Shown: positions 27,728-36,813, numbered from the stretch's first letter. The stretch is 64,000 nucleotides of DNA from an uncultured Bacteriovoracaceae bacterium (GCA_963695255.1 OY968777.1:109409-173408); one strand, 5' to 3'. Numbers and translations are program-made. Notes: generated by a model from the sequence alone, not told the origin.

Positions 27728-28648
27728 ATGAGCCCCCTTTCTTTTGCTTTAATTGTTCCAACCAAAGATCGACCTGAGGATCTCAAAAAGCTTCTTCGAT
27801 CTATCCAAGGACAGACCCGCAGACCTGAACATATTATTATTGTCGACGGATCAGATCATCCGGTCCATGACCTTGTAAATGGGTTTAAAGACCTCGAAAT
27901 TCAATACATTCCAGTAAGGCCACCTTCGCTTCCCAAACAGAGAAATGTTGGACTCAAAAATGTTCCGTCCAATATCAAGTGGATAGGCTTTTTAGACGAC
28001 GATCTTGTGCTTGAAAACTCAACCCTCGCATCCTTAGAAGATTTTCTAAAAGGATGCCCTTCCTCTGTCCAGGGATGTGGGCTGAGCATCATCAATCAGC
28101 CTTCAGCAAAAGGAAAATTCTTCAATCGTTTTTTTCTTCTCGACGACGGTCCTGGAAAAATTACATCATCAGGTTTTCCCAGCGAGATCCCTTTTTCTCC
28201 AGAAAACTCTATTCAGGTGGATTGGCTCTACGGTGGCGCCACCTTTTGGTCGAAAGCCGTGATCGAAACAACACATTTTGATGAGTGGTTCAAGGGAACT
28301 GGCTACATGGAAGATGTTGATTTTTCTTATCGTGTCTCACGGGAACATGAGCTTATGATTTGCTCAAGCGCAAAGTGCCACCACTTTCATCACCCGATCA
28401 AAGAAGAAAAGTTTCAAAGCATTGGAAAGTGGCAGCTGACCTCTTGGTGGTATTTTGTCCAGAAACATGGGTCATTTTCTCTCATTGCTTTTCTTTGGAG
28501 TGCTACAGGAATTTTGCTGAGAAATACCCTGGCGATGCTGATAACGGGATTTTCACGTTCTTATCGCCTGAAAGTCAGGGGAAACCTTCAAGGACTTCTC
28601 TCAATCTTCACCGGTGCCTACATCAAAGAAAAAGGCTTTCAAAAATGA
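27728..28648 (+). CDS. Glycosyltransferase family 2
   Basis: LIVPTKDRPEDLKKLL...IIIVDGSD and FLDDD (DxD) are GT-A signatures. Confidence 0.75.
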   Translation: MSPLSFALIVPTKDRPEDLKKLLRSIQGQTRRPEHIIIVDGSDHPVHDLVNGFKDLEIQYIPVRPPSLPKQRNVGLKNVPSNIKWIGFLDDDLVLENSTLASLEDFLKGCPSSVQGCGLSIINQPSAKGKFFNRFFLLDDGPGKITSSGFPSEIPFSPENSIQVDWLYGGATFWSKAVIETTHFDEWFKGTGYMEDVDFSYRVSREHELMICSSAKCHHFHHPIKEEKFQSIGKWQLTSWWYFVQKHGSFSLIAFLWSATGILLRNTLAMLITGFSRSYRLKVRGNLQGLLSIFTGAYIKEKGFQK

Positions 28649-28658
28649 TAGTGAAAAG

Positions 28659-29366
28659 TTAAATTTTAAAGCCCGCTGCAAGAGCATCGTTATAGAACAT
28701 TTTGACTGTCTCCAGAGAAAACTCTTCGAGATCCTTGCCGAGATTCGAAAGCTTGGACAAAATATCTGGGCCTACTGTAATCACATCACATCCCATCTCA
28801 TTAGCCTGAATGATATTGAAAAGTTCTCTTGGGGAGGCCCACAAAAGTTCTGCATTTTCTTCTTTCCGAGTTATGGCCAGGGCCTCTTTCATGAGAGGAA
28901 CCGGATCTTTGCCAGTATCTGCAATCCTTCCTGCAAATACTGAGACATAAGCACCAGGGGTACCTTTAAGGGCCTGAACTGTTTCGCGAACCTGGTTTAA
29001 AGTGAAGAGTGCTGTAACATTGAGTTTAATTCCTGCTTGCGTGAGATCTGTAATCAACTCATAAGAATAGATCTTTTTGGTATTCATTACCGGAATCTTT
29101 ACGTAGACATTTTCTCCCCAACTTTTGATCTCAAGCGCCTGTTCCTTCATGGCCTGAAAATCATCTGCAAAGACTTCAAAAGAAATAGGAAGATGAGGTA
29201 TTTTTTCTAAAACCTCTTGAGCGAATTTGCGGTAGTCGGAAATACCGGCCTTCTTCATCAGCGTAGGGTTTGTTGTGAGACCAGAAATATGAGGTTTAGA
29301 GGCGAGCTCAACCATTTCGGAAACTTTGGCCCCGTCAGCAAAAATTTTAACTTTCAATTGTTTCAT
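28659..29366 (-). CDS. Transaldolase/fructose-6-phosphate-aldolase-family protein
   Basis: 235 aa. GLTTNPTLM and the Schiff-base lysine context VYVKIP are typical of the short transaldolase family. Confidence 0.75.
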   Translation of the reverse strand: MKQLKVKIFADGAKVSEMVELASKPHISGLTTNPTLMKKAGISDYRKFAQEVLEKIPHLPISFEVFADDFQAMKEQALEIKSWGENVYVKIPVMNTKKIYSYELITDLTQAGIKLNVTALFTLNQVRETVQALKGTPGAYVSVFAGRIADTGKDPVPLMKEALAITRKEENAELLWASPRELFNIIQANEMGCDVITVGPDILSKLSNLGKDLEEFSLETVKMFYNDALAAGFKI

Positions 29367-29496
29367 AAAAAACCTCGTTGATGGCGCGTCAAAAATGCGC
29401 TCGAATATCGCTTTGAAGGTGTCTAAAATCTCATGCTATGTCAAAGTTAAGAAAGTTTCTTCGGAGCCAAGAATTATATCACAAACTCTATAGACT

Positions 29497-31083
29497 TCAC
29501 TGAGAATCCTTACAAAACAAGGAAAGGCCCTCCTCACTGATGGGAGAAATGTAAGTCTCAATAAAGCTTTGAGTAGTAGAATTCAAAATTTGTCTGTCCT
29601 CCTCCGAAAGACTGTCGATCTGGCTAAAGGCATTCTGCAAACTTTCCTCATCCCAAACAATCCATTTGTTGGCCTTAAGGGCAAAGAGCGGGTCAAAGTT
29701 AAATGCACTTTTAATCTGATAATGGAGAACTGGCCTTCCCAGTTTAAGTGCTTCGAGAGCGACAGTACTTCCCCAATACAAAACTCTATCGCAATCTCTT
29801 AGGTCATCAAGCAATTCGTTTTGATCACCGAAGGTCACGTTTGGAATATCACCATATGAGTACTCTCCTGTATCAATTTTATCCAAGGGAAGTGTCGGAT
29901 GAGCGCGAATAACGAACCTGTACGAGGGAAACTTATCAGCAACATTCAAAACAAACCGGACCATACTTGAAACAGCATAAACCCCCTCAAGTGCAACAAG
30001 GACAGTTTTTCTCTGTTTCGTGAGCAAGCTTTTTAAATTGAAAAGATAGTCATACCGGAGCGAGCTGCTGCTGAATATCTCTGTTCTAAAATATCCCCCC
30101 CATTTTTTTAATAACTCTGCATTAAGGTTTCCTAAAGTTAGAATGCGATGAGGGGTAGGAGTATATTGGACCTCATCTTGAGAGAGAAACATGTTCACCG
30201 ACGCTAATGGCATCACAGAATGCTGATAACCAATCGTCAGAGTTGAAGGCGAATAATTTTCGAAGGCAAGCAAACCCTGTTTTTCCCAAGGATTATTTTC
30301 AAATGTGTAGATGTAGGTTTCTATGTTGAACTCTTCACCCAAGTTTTTCATCGCTTGATGGTAGAGAAGGCTAAAGATCGTGTTAGGGTCTAGCAGCTCT
30401 GAACGATAGAAAGTCGCTAAGTTTTTTGTCCGCTCGAAAGGCAGACCGACCATTTCTGCTTTTGGTTGCATTTTCAGATGAGAAAAAATCTTAAAACCAC
30501 AACTCAGCAGATCTCTAAATCCAAGAAAAAGAAAAAAAGAACAAGACTCTGGCAGCTCTCTCAGAGCTAAGGATTTCCTAAAGCAGGCACTTGGGTCAAA
30601 AATAGTAAGGACCGCTTTATTTTTTTTCTCTTTAAGAAATGACTTCAGTCCAGGAAAAAACGGATCTTTAAAAGACTGGTCGTTGATAGAAGAATTGAAT
30701 ATAACCGTTTTTAGGACTGTGATTTTTTTTCCGTGGTAGCGCTGTTTTAACCGCTTTTTTTTTCCGAAATGCAAGGCCCTAGTCAAGACCACCCTTAAAA
30801 AGCATTGAAGAAACTGCTTTGAAAAACGAAGTATATTTTTGAAAAGAGGTGGTGCGTGCAAAGGCTGCTCATCAAGATTCTCGAAATTTTGCAGATGGAA
30901 TCTATTTTTTGATGAAAACCAGAAGGCCTGCCAAACTTCATCTCGAGGAAAAGCACGGCTCACCCGGTCCACGAAGGCCTGATATTTCCGAATAGGCCTC
31001 AACTCTAGCGGCTCTTGTTGGCTTTCTTGAGTAATTTTCATCGATCTCCCACCCATAGGCGTTTCAGAACTCAAAATTTTCAA
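29497..31083 (-). CDS. Hypothetical protein, GT-B-like C-terminal lobe (possible glycosyl or nonulosonate transferase)
   Basis: 528 aa. The C-terminal pattern KTVLVALEG...FVIRAHPT...DRVLYWGSTVALEALKLGRPVLHY resembles a Rossmann-type transferase. The start is uncertain (31083 or the internal ATG at 31041). Confidence 0.4.
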   Translation of the reverse strand: MKILSSETPMGGRSMKITQESQQEPLELRPIRKYQAFVDRVSRAFPRDEVWQAFWFSSKNRFHLQNFENLDEQPLHAPPLFKNILRFSKQFLQCFLRVVLTRALHFGKKKRLKQRYHGKKITVLKTVIFNSSINDQSFKDPFFPGLKSFLKEKKNKAVLTIFDPSACFRKSLALRELPESCSFFLFLGFRDLLSCGFKIFSHLKMQPKAEMVGLPFERTKNLATFYRSELLDPNTIFSLLYHQAMKNLGEEFNIETYIYTFENNPWEKQGLLAFENYSPSTLTIGYQHSVMPLASVNMFLSQDEVQYTPTPHRILTLGNLNAELLKKWGGYFRTEIFSSSSLRYDYLFNLKSLLTKQRKTVLVALEGVYAVSSMVRFVLNVADKFPSYRFVIRAHPTLPLDKIDTGEYSYGDIPNVTFGDQNELLDDLRDCDRVLYWGSTVALEALKLGRPVLHYQIKSAFNFDPLFALKANKWIVWDEESLQNAFSQIDSLSEEDRQILNSTTQSFIETYISPISEEGLSLFCKDSQ

Positions 31084-31128
31084 GTACCCTGCTCATTGTC
31101 AACACGACCTCTTAACATTGGAGCTTCC

Positions 31129-32256
31129 ATGCCGATTTTGGCATGTGCGATCATTTCTTTCATGATCACTTGCTTGGCCATCCCAAGTATTATTCGAGTG
31201 GCGGACTTGAAGTCACTCTATGATGAACCAGGGGAAAGAAAGTCTCATAGTAAAAACGTGCCGACCCTGGGCGGTCTGGCCATGTTTGCGGGTGTTTTTT
31301 TTTCGATCTCAATCTCTTCCCCTACCTCTGTATTCATGAATTTGCAGTTCATACTATGCGCATTGCTTGTGCTGTTTTTCATAGGGCTTAAAGATGACAT
31401 TATCCCTATTTCTCCACTCAAAAAACTGCTCTCTCAAGTGGTGGCGTCTTTTATCCTGATTCATTTTGCCGAAGTGAGGTTGACTAGCTTTTATGGAATT
31501 TTTGGACTTTACGAAATCTCTTTAGAAGCAAGCTATTGCCTCTCATTCATGACCATCATTACAATTATCAATGCTTTTAACCTGATCGACGGAGTTGATA
31601 CCCTTGCTTGCTCTATTGGAATTATCATTTCTCTGACTTTTGGTCTGTGGTTTTATGCTGTGGGCTCTTTGGAAAATGCAATAATTGCCTCCTCGCTTTT
31701 TGGTAGCCTCGTTGGAGTTTTTATTTACAATAAATCACCGGCAAGAGTCTTCATGGGGGACACTGGATCTCTTATGCTAGGCCTACTCTCGTCAGTACTG
31801 GCGATTCGTTTTATTGAATTGGCAAGAACCTATGTGACGGAAAATCACCCTTTGGCCATCAACTCTGGCCCAGCTGTTGCTTTTGGAATTCTCATCATTC
31901 CTCTGTTCGATACGCTTCGAGTTTTTCTCCTTAGAATTATAGGTGGCCGCTCTCCGTTTTCAGCTGACCAGGAACATCTTCATCATGTCCTTCTGTCTAT
32001 TACCAATTCTCACATGAGAACAAGCCTGATTCTCTCTCTAGTCAATATTGCGTTCGTTATTTTTGTGGTTACTTTTCAAGACGTACGAGGAGATTTGCTA
32101 CTAAGCTATGTTCTAGGAATCTCATTTGTTTTGACGTGGCTGCTCGTAAAATGGAGAAACAGAAAAATTTTACAGATCACAAAGGACATGGAGCAACAAA
32201 CTACGCTGAAGACGACGATAGAAAACGAAAAGCACCAATTTGATGACCTCCACTAG
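31129..32256 (+). CDS. WecA/WbpL/MraY-family polyprenyl-phosphate HexNAc-1-phosphate transferase (initiating transferase)
   Basis: Multi-TM protein with NAFNLIDGVDTLA and VFMGDTGSLMLG signature blocks. ATG at 31129 preceded by ggag. Confidence 0.85.
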   Translation: MPILACAIISFMITCLAIPSIIRVADLKSLYDEPGERKSHSKNVPTLGGLAMFAGVFFSISISSPTSVFMNLQFILCALLVLFFIGLKDDIIPISPLKKLLSQVVASFILIHFAEVRLTSFYGIFGLYEISLEASYCLSFMTIITIINAFNLIDGVDTLACSIGIIISLTFGLWFYAVGSLENAIIASSLFGSLVGVFIYNKSPARVFMGDTGSLMLGLLSSVLAIRFIELARTYVTENHPLAINSGPAVAFGILIIPLFDTLRVFLLRIIGGRSPFSADQEHLHHVLLSITNSHMRTSLILSLVNIAFVIFVVTFQDVRGDLLLSYVLGISFVLTWLLVKWRNRKILQITKDMEQQTTLKTTIENEKHQFDDLH

Positions 32257-33358
32257 ACTTTCCATAGCATTTTTTCTTACGGAGTTTGCGGAAGGGGGAC
32301 TCGAACGGAACATCCTCAATTTGGCCAACTGGATGGGCAAGGCAGGACATGCTGTCTATCTTTACGCTGCACCTGAGCATCCTCTCTTGAAAGATATTTC
32401 CCCATGCCACTTTAAAATTATTTCTTTTTATAAAAAGGGTCGGCACTTTCCATTAGAAAACATTTATCAGCTGAGTCGGAGTTTAAAAAAACTTAAAATC
32501 CATCATCTTATCACAAGTACGAACCGCGATATCGAGCTATTGGTGTGGACAAAAGCTTTCTGTGGAAAAAAAGTTTATTGTCACTATCTTCAACAAATGG
32601 AGATTGGGGTTAGCAAACGAGATCTCTTCCACCAAATTAAGTATTCTTTTCTCGACACTTGGTTCACGCCACTTCACTGGTTGAAAGAACAATTGATTGA
32701 AAAGACAAAGCTTAAAAAATCTCAGGTAAAAATCTTACCTCTGTGTGTTGAAACCCAACGGTTCACTCAGATTAAACAAAAGCATCATCTTAGCGAAACC
32801 ATCGTTATAGGCGTTGTGGCACGCATTGACCCTCTTAAAGATATCCCTACGGCCATCAAGGCCTTTCATAAGCTTCATCATCGAAGTGAGAATCTTCTAC
32901 TCAAAATAGTTGCAGCAGCACCGCCCCATGGGTCAGAACATTTCGAGTACTACAAAATGCTTCTTGATTCGGCTAGCTCTGGCCCTATGGCAGAAAGAAT
33001 TAAATTTCATTCGCCCAGTACAAAGATTGAGGACCTCTTCCAATCGCTTGATCTGTTTTTGATGCCTTCTTTGGCCGAAACATTTGGGATGGTCACTGTT
33101 GAGGCAATCTTGTCTGGGATTCCGGTCATAGGGGTAAATCGATGCGGAACAGCTGAAATCCTAAAACATGGCCGTTTTGGAAAACTTTATGAACCAAAAA
33201 ATGAGATAGGCCTTGCTGAGCTCATAGAACAGTGGTTAGACAATCCTCGCCCACAGTGGAGCAAGACAGCTATGGCACGAGAATTTTTTAAGAAAACATA
33301 TAGCTCTGAGAGAATGGTTTGTGAGATAGTAGAACGATTGAGACTGATTCAGAAATGA
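32243..33358 (+). CDS. Glycosyltransferase family 1 (GT4-type)
   Basis: N-terminal GGLERNILNLANW and C-terminal PSLAETFGMVTVEAILSGIPVIG (E-x7-E). Confidence 0.8.
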   Translation: MTSTRLSIAFFLTEFAEGGLERNILNLANWMGKAGHAVYLYAAPEHPLLKDISPCHFKIISFYKKGRHFPLENIYQLSRSLKKLKIHHLITSTNRDIELLVWTKAFCGKKVYCHYLQQMEIGVSKRDLFHQIKYSFLDTWFTPLHWLKEQLIEKTKLKKSQVKILPLCVETQRFTQIKQKHHLSETIVIGVVARIDPLKDIPTAIKAFHKLHHRSENLLLKIVAAAPPHGSEHFEYYKMLLDSASSGPMAERIKFHSPSTKIEDLFQSLDLFLMPSLAETFGMVTVEAILSGIPVIGVNRCGTAEILKHGRFGKLYEPKNEIGLAELIEQWLDNPRPQWSKTAMAREFFKKTYSSERMVCEIVERLRLIQK

Positions 33359-34305
33359 CATATTCTCCTCTTATTTCAATCGGACTTTGCACCTACAACT
33401 CTTGTCTCTACCTCGAGGAGCAACTCAAAAGCCTGGAAGACCAAGACTACCCTAACCTAGAATTAGTCGTTGTCGACGACCAATCGCTCGATGAAACGTG
33501 GGACTTACTAAATCATTTTAGAAAAAAAGCAGACATACCAACACACCTCTACCGCAATAACTCGAATCTCGGACTCAACTCCAGCTTTGCGAAGGCCTTC
33601 GAGCTCTGCTCGGGCGAATTTATCGCTCCATGTGATCATGATGATATATGGTTTAGTAAAAAAATCTCGACGCTTTACCGAGAAATTGGCGATAGAGATG
33701 CAATTTTTTGCGACTCAGAGTATATCAATGCTTCAGGAAAAAAATTGGGAAGGGCCCGCTCGAACGACTATAACCTCAAATCCATCAATAACCCCAAGGA
33801 GCTCATCTTCTCAAATATTGTTTCCGGTCATGCCCTTCTTTTTGACCGTAGACTCAGAGAAAAGTGCCGGCCTTTCGATTCTCAGTTTTTCTATGATTGG
33901 TGGCTAGCTTTTGGCGCGGCAAACTCTAAAGGAATCGCATACCACCCAGAAGTCTTAGTAAGCTACAGGATTCATGAGAAAAACGTCTCACGCCCTCTTC
34001 AGAAACAAAGTCGAAAATATGATAGCATTGAAAAAAATCAAAAACGGATGAGAATCTTTTGCAATATGATCAAGGCAGAGTTCACGGGCCCAGAGGAAAA
34101 AGAATTTCTCAAAAGTCTCCTCACTTTTTATCAGGAAAAACACCAGAGTTTCTTTTTTAATTTTAAGCACTTTTTTTTTCTTTTTCGCTACCGAAAATCA
34201 CTCTACGCACTTTTATCAAAGAGTAGACTTAAAAAAATCTATATTATGTTCAAAGACGCGATGGGGCTTAAATTCAAAATTTGGTGCGCTCAACTCTCAC
34301 AATAG
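33355..34305 (+). CDS. Glycosyltransferase family 2
   Basis: ISIGLCTYNSCLYLEEQLKSLEDQDYPNLELVVVDDQSLDET and CDHDD (DxD). ATGA overlap with the upstream GT1. Confidence 0.8.
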   Translation: MTYSPLISIGLCTYNSCLYLEEQLKSLEDQDYPNLELVVVDDQSLDETWDLLNHFRKKADIPTHLYRNNSNLGLNSSFAKAFELCSGEFIAPCDHDDIWFSKKISTLYREIGDRDAIFCDSEYINASGKKLGRARSNDYNLKSINNPKELIFSNIVSGHALLFDRRLREKCRPFDSQFFYDWWLAFGAANSKGIAYHPEVLVSYRIHEKNVSRPLQKQSRKYDSIEKNQKRMRIFCNMIKAEFTGPEEKEFLKSLLTFYQEKHQSFFFNFKHFFFLFRYRKSLYALLSKSRLKKIYIMFKDAMGLKFKIWCAQLSQ

Positions 34306-34385
34306 AACTAATATTTTTATCCCGGAATTTTTTATCATGCTTGATTCAGATTGAAGTCTCTATAAAAGTGTATAAAATGATTTCC

Positions 34386-35198
34386 CTATTCCCTCGAGCT
34401 TTCATCTAGTTGATTCCTGCATTTATTTCTTACTAAATCCCAAAGGCTGCTATATTTAATAAACGTTGAGAAACCACTACCAATCGAAATAATAAGTCCC
34501 CGAGCGCCGTCTAAAAAACCTAATTTAAAAAAATAAAATTTTATGAAAGCAGCAAATGGATTAAAAATAAGTGAAAAAAAAGAGAATTTTCGTCCTCTCT
34601 GTAAAAGCTCCTTTGCCCCATAGGCCCCGTACCCGCACATTTTTTGAAAATAGATTTCAAGGTCTGGATAGCTATTGTGATGGATGTCAGACTGAAAACT
34701 AAAAGTCCGATATTGTGGAGGGCATATGATGCCTTCATGGAGAATGCGATTATTGAAGCTGCAGACATGTTTATTAAACAACCGAGTGACTCTTCCCGGA
34801 TACCATCCTGTATGACGAATCCAGCGACCTAAAAAATAGGTTTTTCTAGGGAAACAACCTGCGGCCACTTCGTCTAGGGAAGACGTAAGTGTCTCAACAA
34901 CTTCTTGAGAAAGAGATGAGCTACACCATTCATCTGCATCAAGCCAAAAAATCCAATCGTTACTTGCCTGACTAATTGCAAATTTTTTTTGATTCACAAA
35001 GCCGCTCCATTCCCGTTGTAAGAAGCGGACATTGGAATATTCTCTAGCTATTTTTTCTGTATCGTCTTCACTATAAGAATCTACAACGATGATTTCTTTC
35101 AACCACTGAAGAGACTGTAGGCACTTCCTGATATTTTTTTCTTCATTTTTGCAAATCACGATTGCAGATAATGCAATATTATTCAATTCTTGACCCAT
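34386..35198 (-). CDS. Glycosyltransferase family 2 (WaaE/KdtX-like)
   Basis: LSAIVICKNEEKNIRKCLQSL...IIVVDSYSEDDT and LDADE (DxD). Confidence 0.8.
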   Translation of the reverse strand: MGQELNNIALSAIVICKNEEKNIRKCLQSLQWLKEIIVVDSYSEDDTEKIAREYSNVRFLQREWSGFVNQKKFAISQASNDWIFWLDADEWCSSSLSQEVVETLTSSLDEVAAGCFPRKTYFLGRWIRHTGWYPGRVTRLFNKHVCSFNNRILHEGIICPPQYRTFSFQSDIHHNSYPDLEIYFQKMCGYGAYGAKELLQRGRKFSFFSLIFNPFAAFIKFYFFKLGFLDGARGLIISIGSGFSTFIKYSSLWDLVRNKCRNQLDESSRE

Positions 35199-35788
35199 AC
35201 AACCCGTGCTTGTGAAGCGGCCTTGAGATAGTCGGAAAGGTTCTGTTCAGTTTGTAATTTACCTTCTCTGAGAAATAAATCATACCACTTTGAGGTCTTT
35301 TCAACCGATGTCGAGACATTCCACAATGGAAACCAGCCCAACTCAGATTCTGACTTCGCGCAATCAAGCTTTAAATTAGTTGTTTCATGTAAATCAGTTG
35401 CCTTTTCTGAAACCTGATAGCTTATAGCTGGGAAGAAATTTTTGGCAAGCTTCGCCATTTGAACCACTGAAATGCAATCCCGAATTCGTGGTCCGAAGTC
35501 CCAAGAACAGGCCATACTCACTTCTTTCTCCCATAATTTTTGGCCGACGAGTAGATAACCAGACAATGGCTCAAGAACATGTTGCCAAGGTCTGATAGAA
35601 TGAGGAGACCGTAAAAAAGCACTCTTTCCCGTGGAGGCGGAGCTGATGAGATCGGTGATAATTCTATCTTTGGAAGGATGTTTAATGACTTTAAGAAGCA
35701 ATCTAAGATCAAAATTTTCATGAGATAATAGAAAAAATAATATAAATCCTAAAGAAATTTTCAAAAAAATCTTTAGTAACAGAGTCAT
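35183..35788 (-). pseudogene. CDP-glucose 4,6-dehydratase (RfbG-like), 5'-truncated remnant
   Basis: Family similarity (KDRIITDLI...IRPWQHVLEPLSGYLL...WDFGP...HETTNLKLDCAKSESELGWFP...KWY) begins only about 40 codons into the ORF. The roughly 200-aa Rossmann N-terminal half is absent, and the first about 40 codons look unrelated. The start abuts the pseudo-tRNA. Confidence 0.65.
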
Positions 35789-35806
35789 AACAGACCTGAA
35801 ATTTTT

Positions 35807-35880
35807 TGGTTACAAGGATAGGATTCAAACCTATGACCTTCGAATTATGAGGACGAGCATTCTTTCTTGAAATCCTTGTC
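35807..35880 (-). pseudogene. Degenerate copy of the initiator tRNA-fMet gene (pseudo-tRNA or att-like direct repeat)
   Basis: Minus-strand RNA sense: GACAAGGATTTCAAGAAAGAATGCTCGTCCTCATAATTCGAAGGTCATAGGTTTGAATCCTATCCTTGTAACCA. Positions 23-76 align with the tRNA at 37530-37606 at 46/52 identity plus a 3-nt deletion in the anticodon stem. The D-arm is unrelated. The T-loop C is changed (TTCGAAT to TTTGAAT). Confidence 0.7.
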
Positions 35881-36054
35881 CTCCTTGCATATTTTTGATT
35901 AGCTCATTGCTATCCTTGCACAAATTGTCCAGATTTGGAACAGCTGCATCATTTGGCGATAGAATGGCCATGCTTCTCTATTTGCAAAATAAGCGAATTT
36001 AACCAAGCCCGAATTCAGGGTTGAAATTGGAAAGTCATTTTGCATCGGTATTTT

Positions 36055-36537
36055 TTAGGCAAAAATCCAAACCCACCAAAATCTTAAACCCACCATGAAC
36101 CCGACAGATAGCAAAACAATTCCAAAGAACTGAAAAAATGCGAATAAAACATTTTCTGTTTGAAAATTATAGAGTCGAAAGCAGTTTCTCTCTTTTACAT
36201 GAGCCATCTCTATCACATTTCCATCAAAGTCTAAGCATGAAACTAAGAATAACTCTGAGTCTGTAAGCTCACTGGGATTCACTCCTTTTTGAATTTTATC
36301 AGACGCTTCAAATACAGCCAATTCTAGACTCTCAGCTTCTGTAAGGTTTTCAGAAAACGGCAACCTTAATTTATTCTTTGCAAAGTAAGTTTTAATAGAG
36401 AGAAGCGCGGTGTCGTACCTTGTGCTTGCTTTGATGGCTTTATAGGGAATATCGATAGCCAAAAAAATGACTAAGAGTACTATTAGGACTGAAAAACTTA
36501 TGTAAAGTTTGAACCCTAGTTTTTTCTGTCGTTTCAC
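36055..36537 (-). CDS. Hypothetical membrane protein (160 aa)
   Basis: ORF with one N-terminal and one or two C-terminal hydrophobic segments. No recognisable domain. Lies between the tRNA and the pseudo-tRNA. Confidence 0.4.
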   Translation of the reverse strand: MKRQKKLGFKLYISFSVLIVLLVIFLAIDIPYKAIKASTRYDTALLSIKTYFAKNKLRLPFSENLTEAESLELAVFEASDKIQKGVNPSELTDSELFLVSCLDFDGNVIEMAHVKERNCFRLYNFQTENVLFAFFQFFGIVLLSVGFMVGLRFWWVWIFA

Positions 36538-36561
36538 AGCGCGATCCTGATTTAATTTTTA

Positions 36562-36813
36562 TTATTTAGATTCAATAAAATATATCATTGATTCTTTTCC
36601 AGAAACGTCCCTAATCACTTTGACTATAACGTTCTTTGATTCTCCAATTTGGACAAAATAGTCTACCGTACAAGCATGACTACAAACCTTGCATTTGAAT
36701 TTTTTTGTTAGTGCATATCCTATCTGTCTTTTTTGACTTAAAATGTTGTGCCCATATTCAAGAATCCCTTCGGTGCAACAGCCAGTGGTAGGGAAAATGG
36801 ATTCAACTTTCAT
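36562..36813 (-). CDS. Hypothetical small Cys-rich protein (83 aa)
   Basis: ORF with CC...CxxCxxxC cysteines, 24 nt upstream of the 160-aa ORF on the same strand. Confidence 0.35.
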   Translation of the reverse strand: MKVESIFPTTGCCTEGILEYGHNILSQKRQIGYALTKKFKCKVCSHACTVDYFVQIGESKNVIVKVIRDVSGKESMIYFIESK

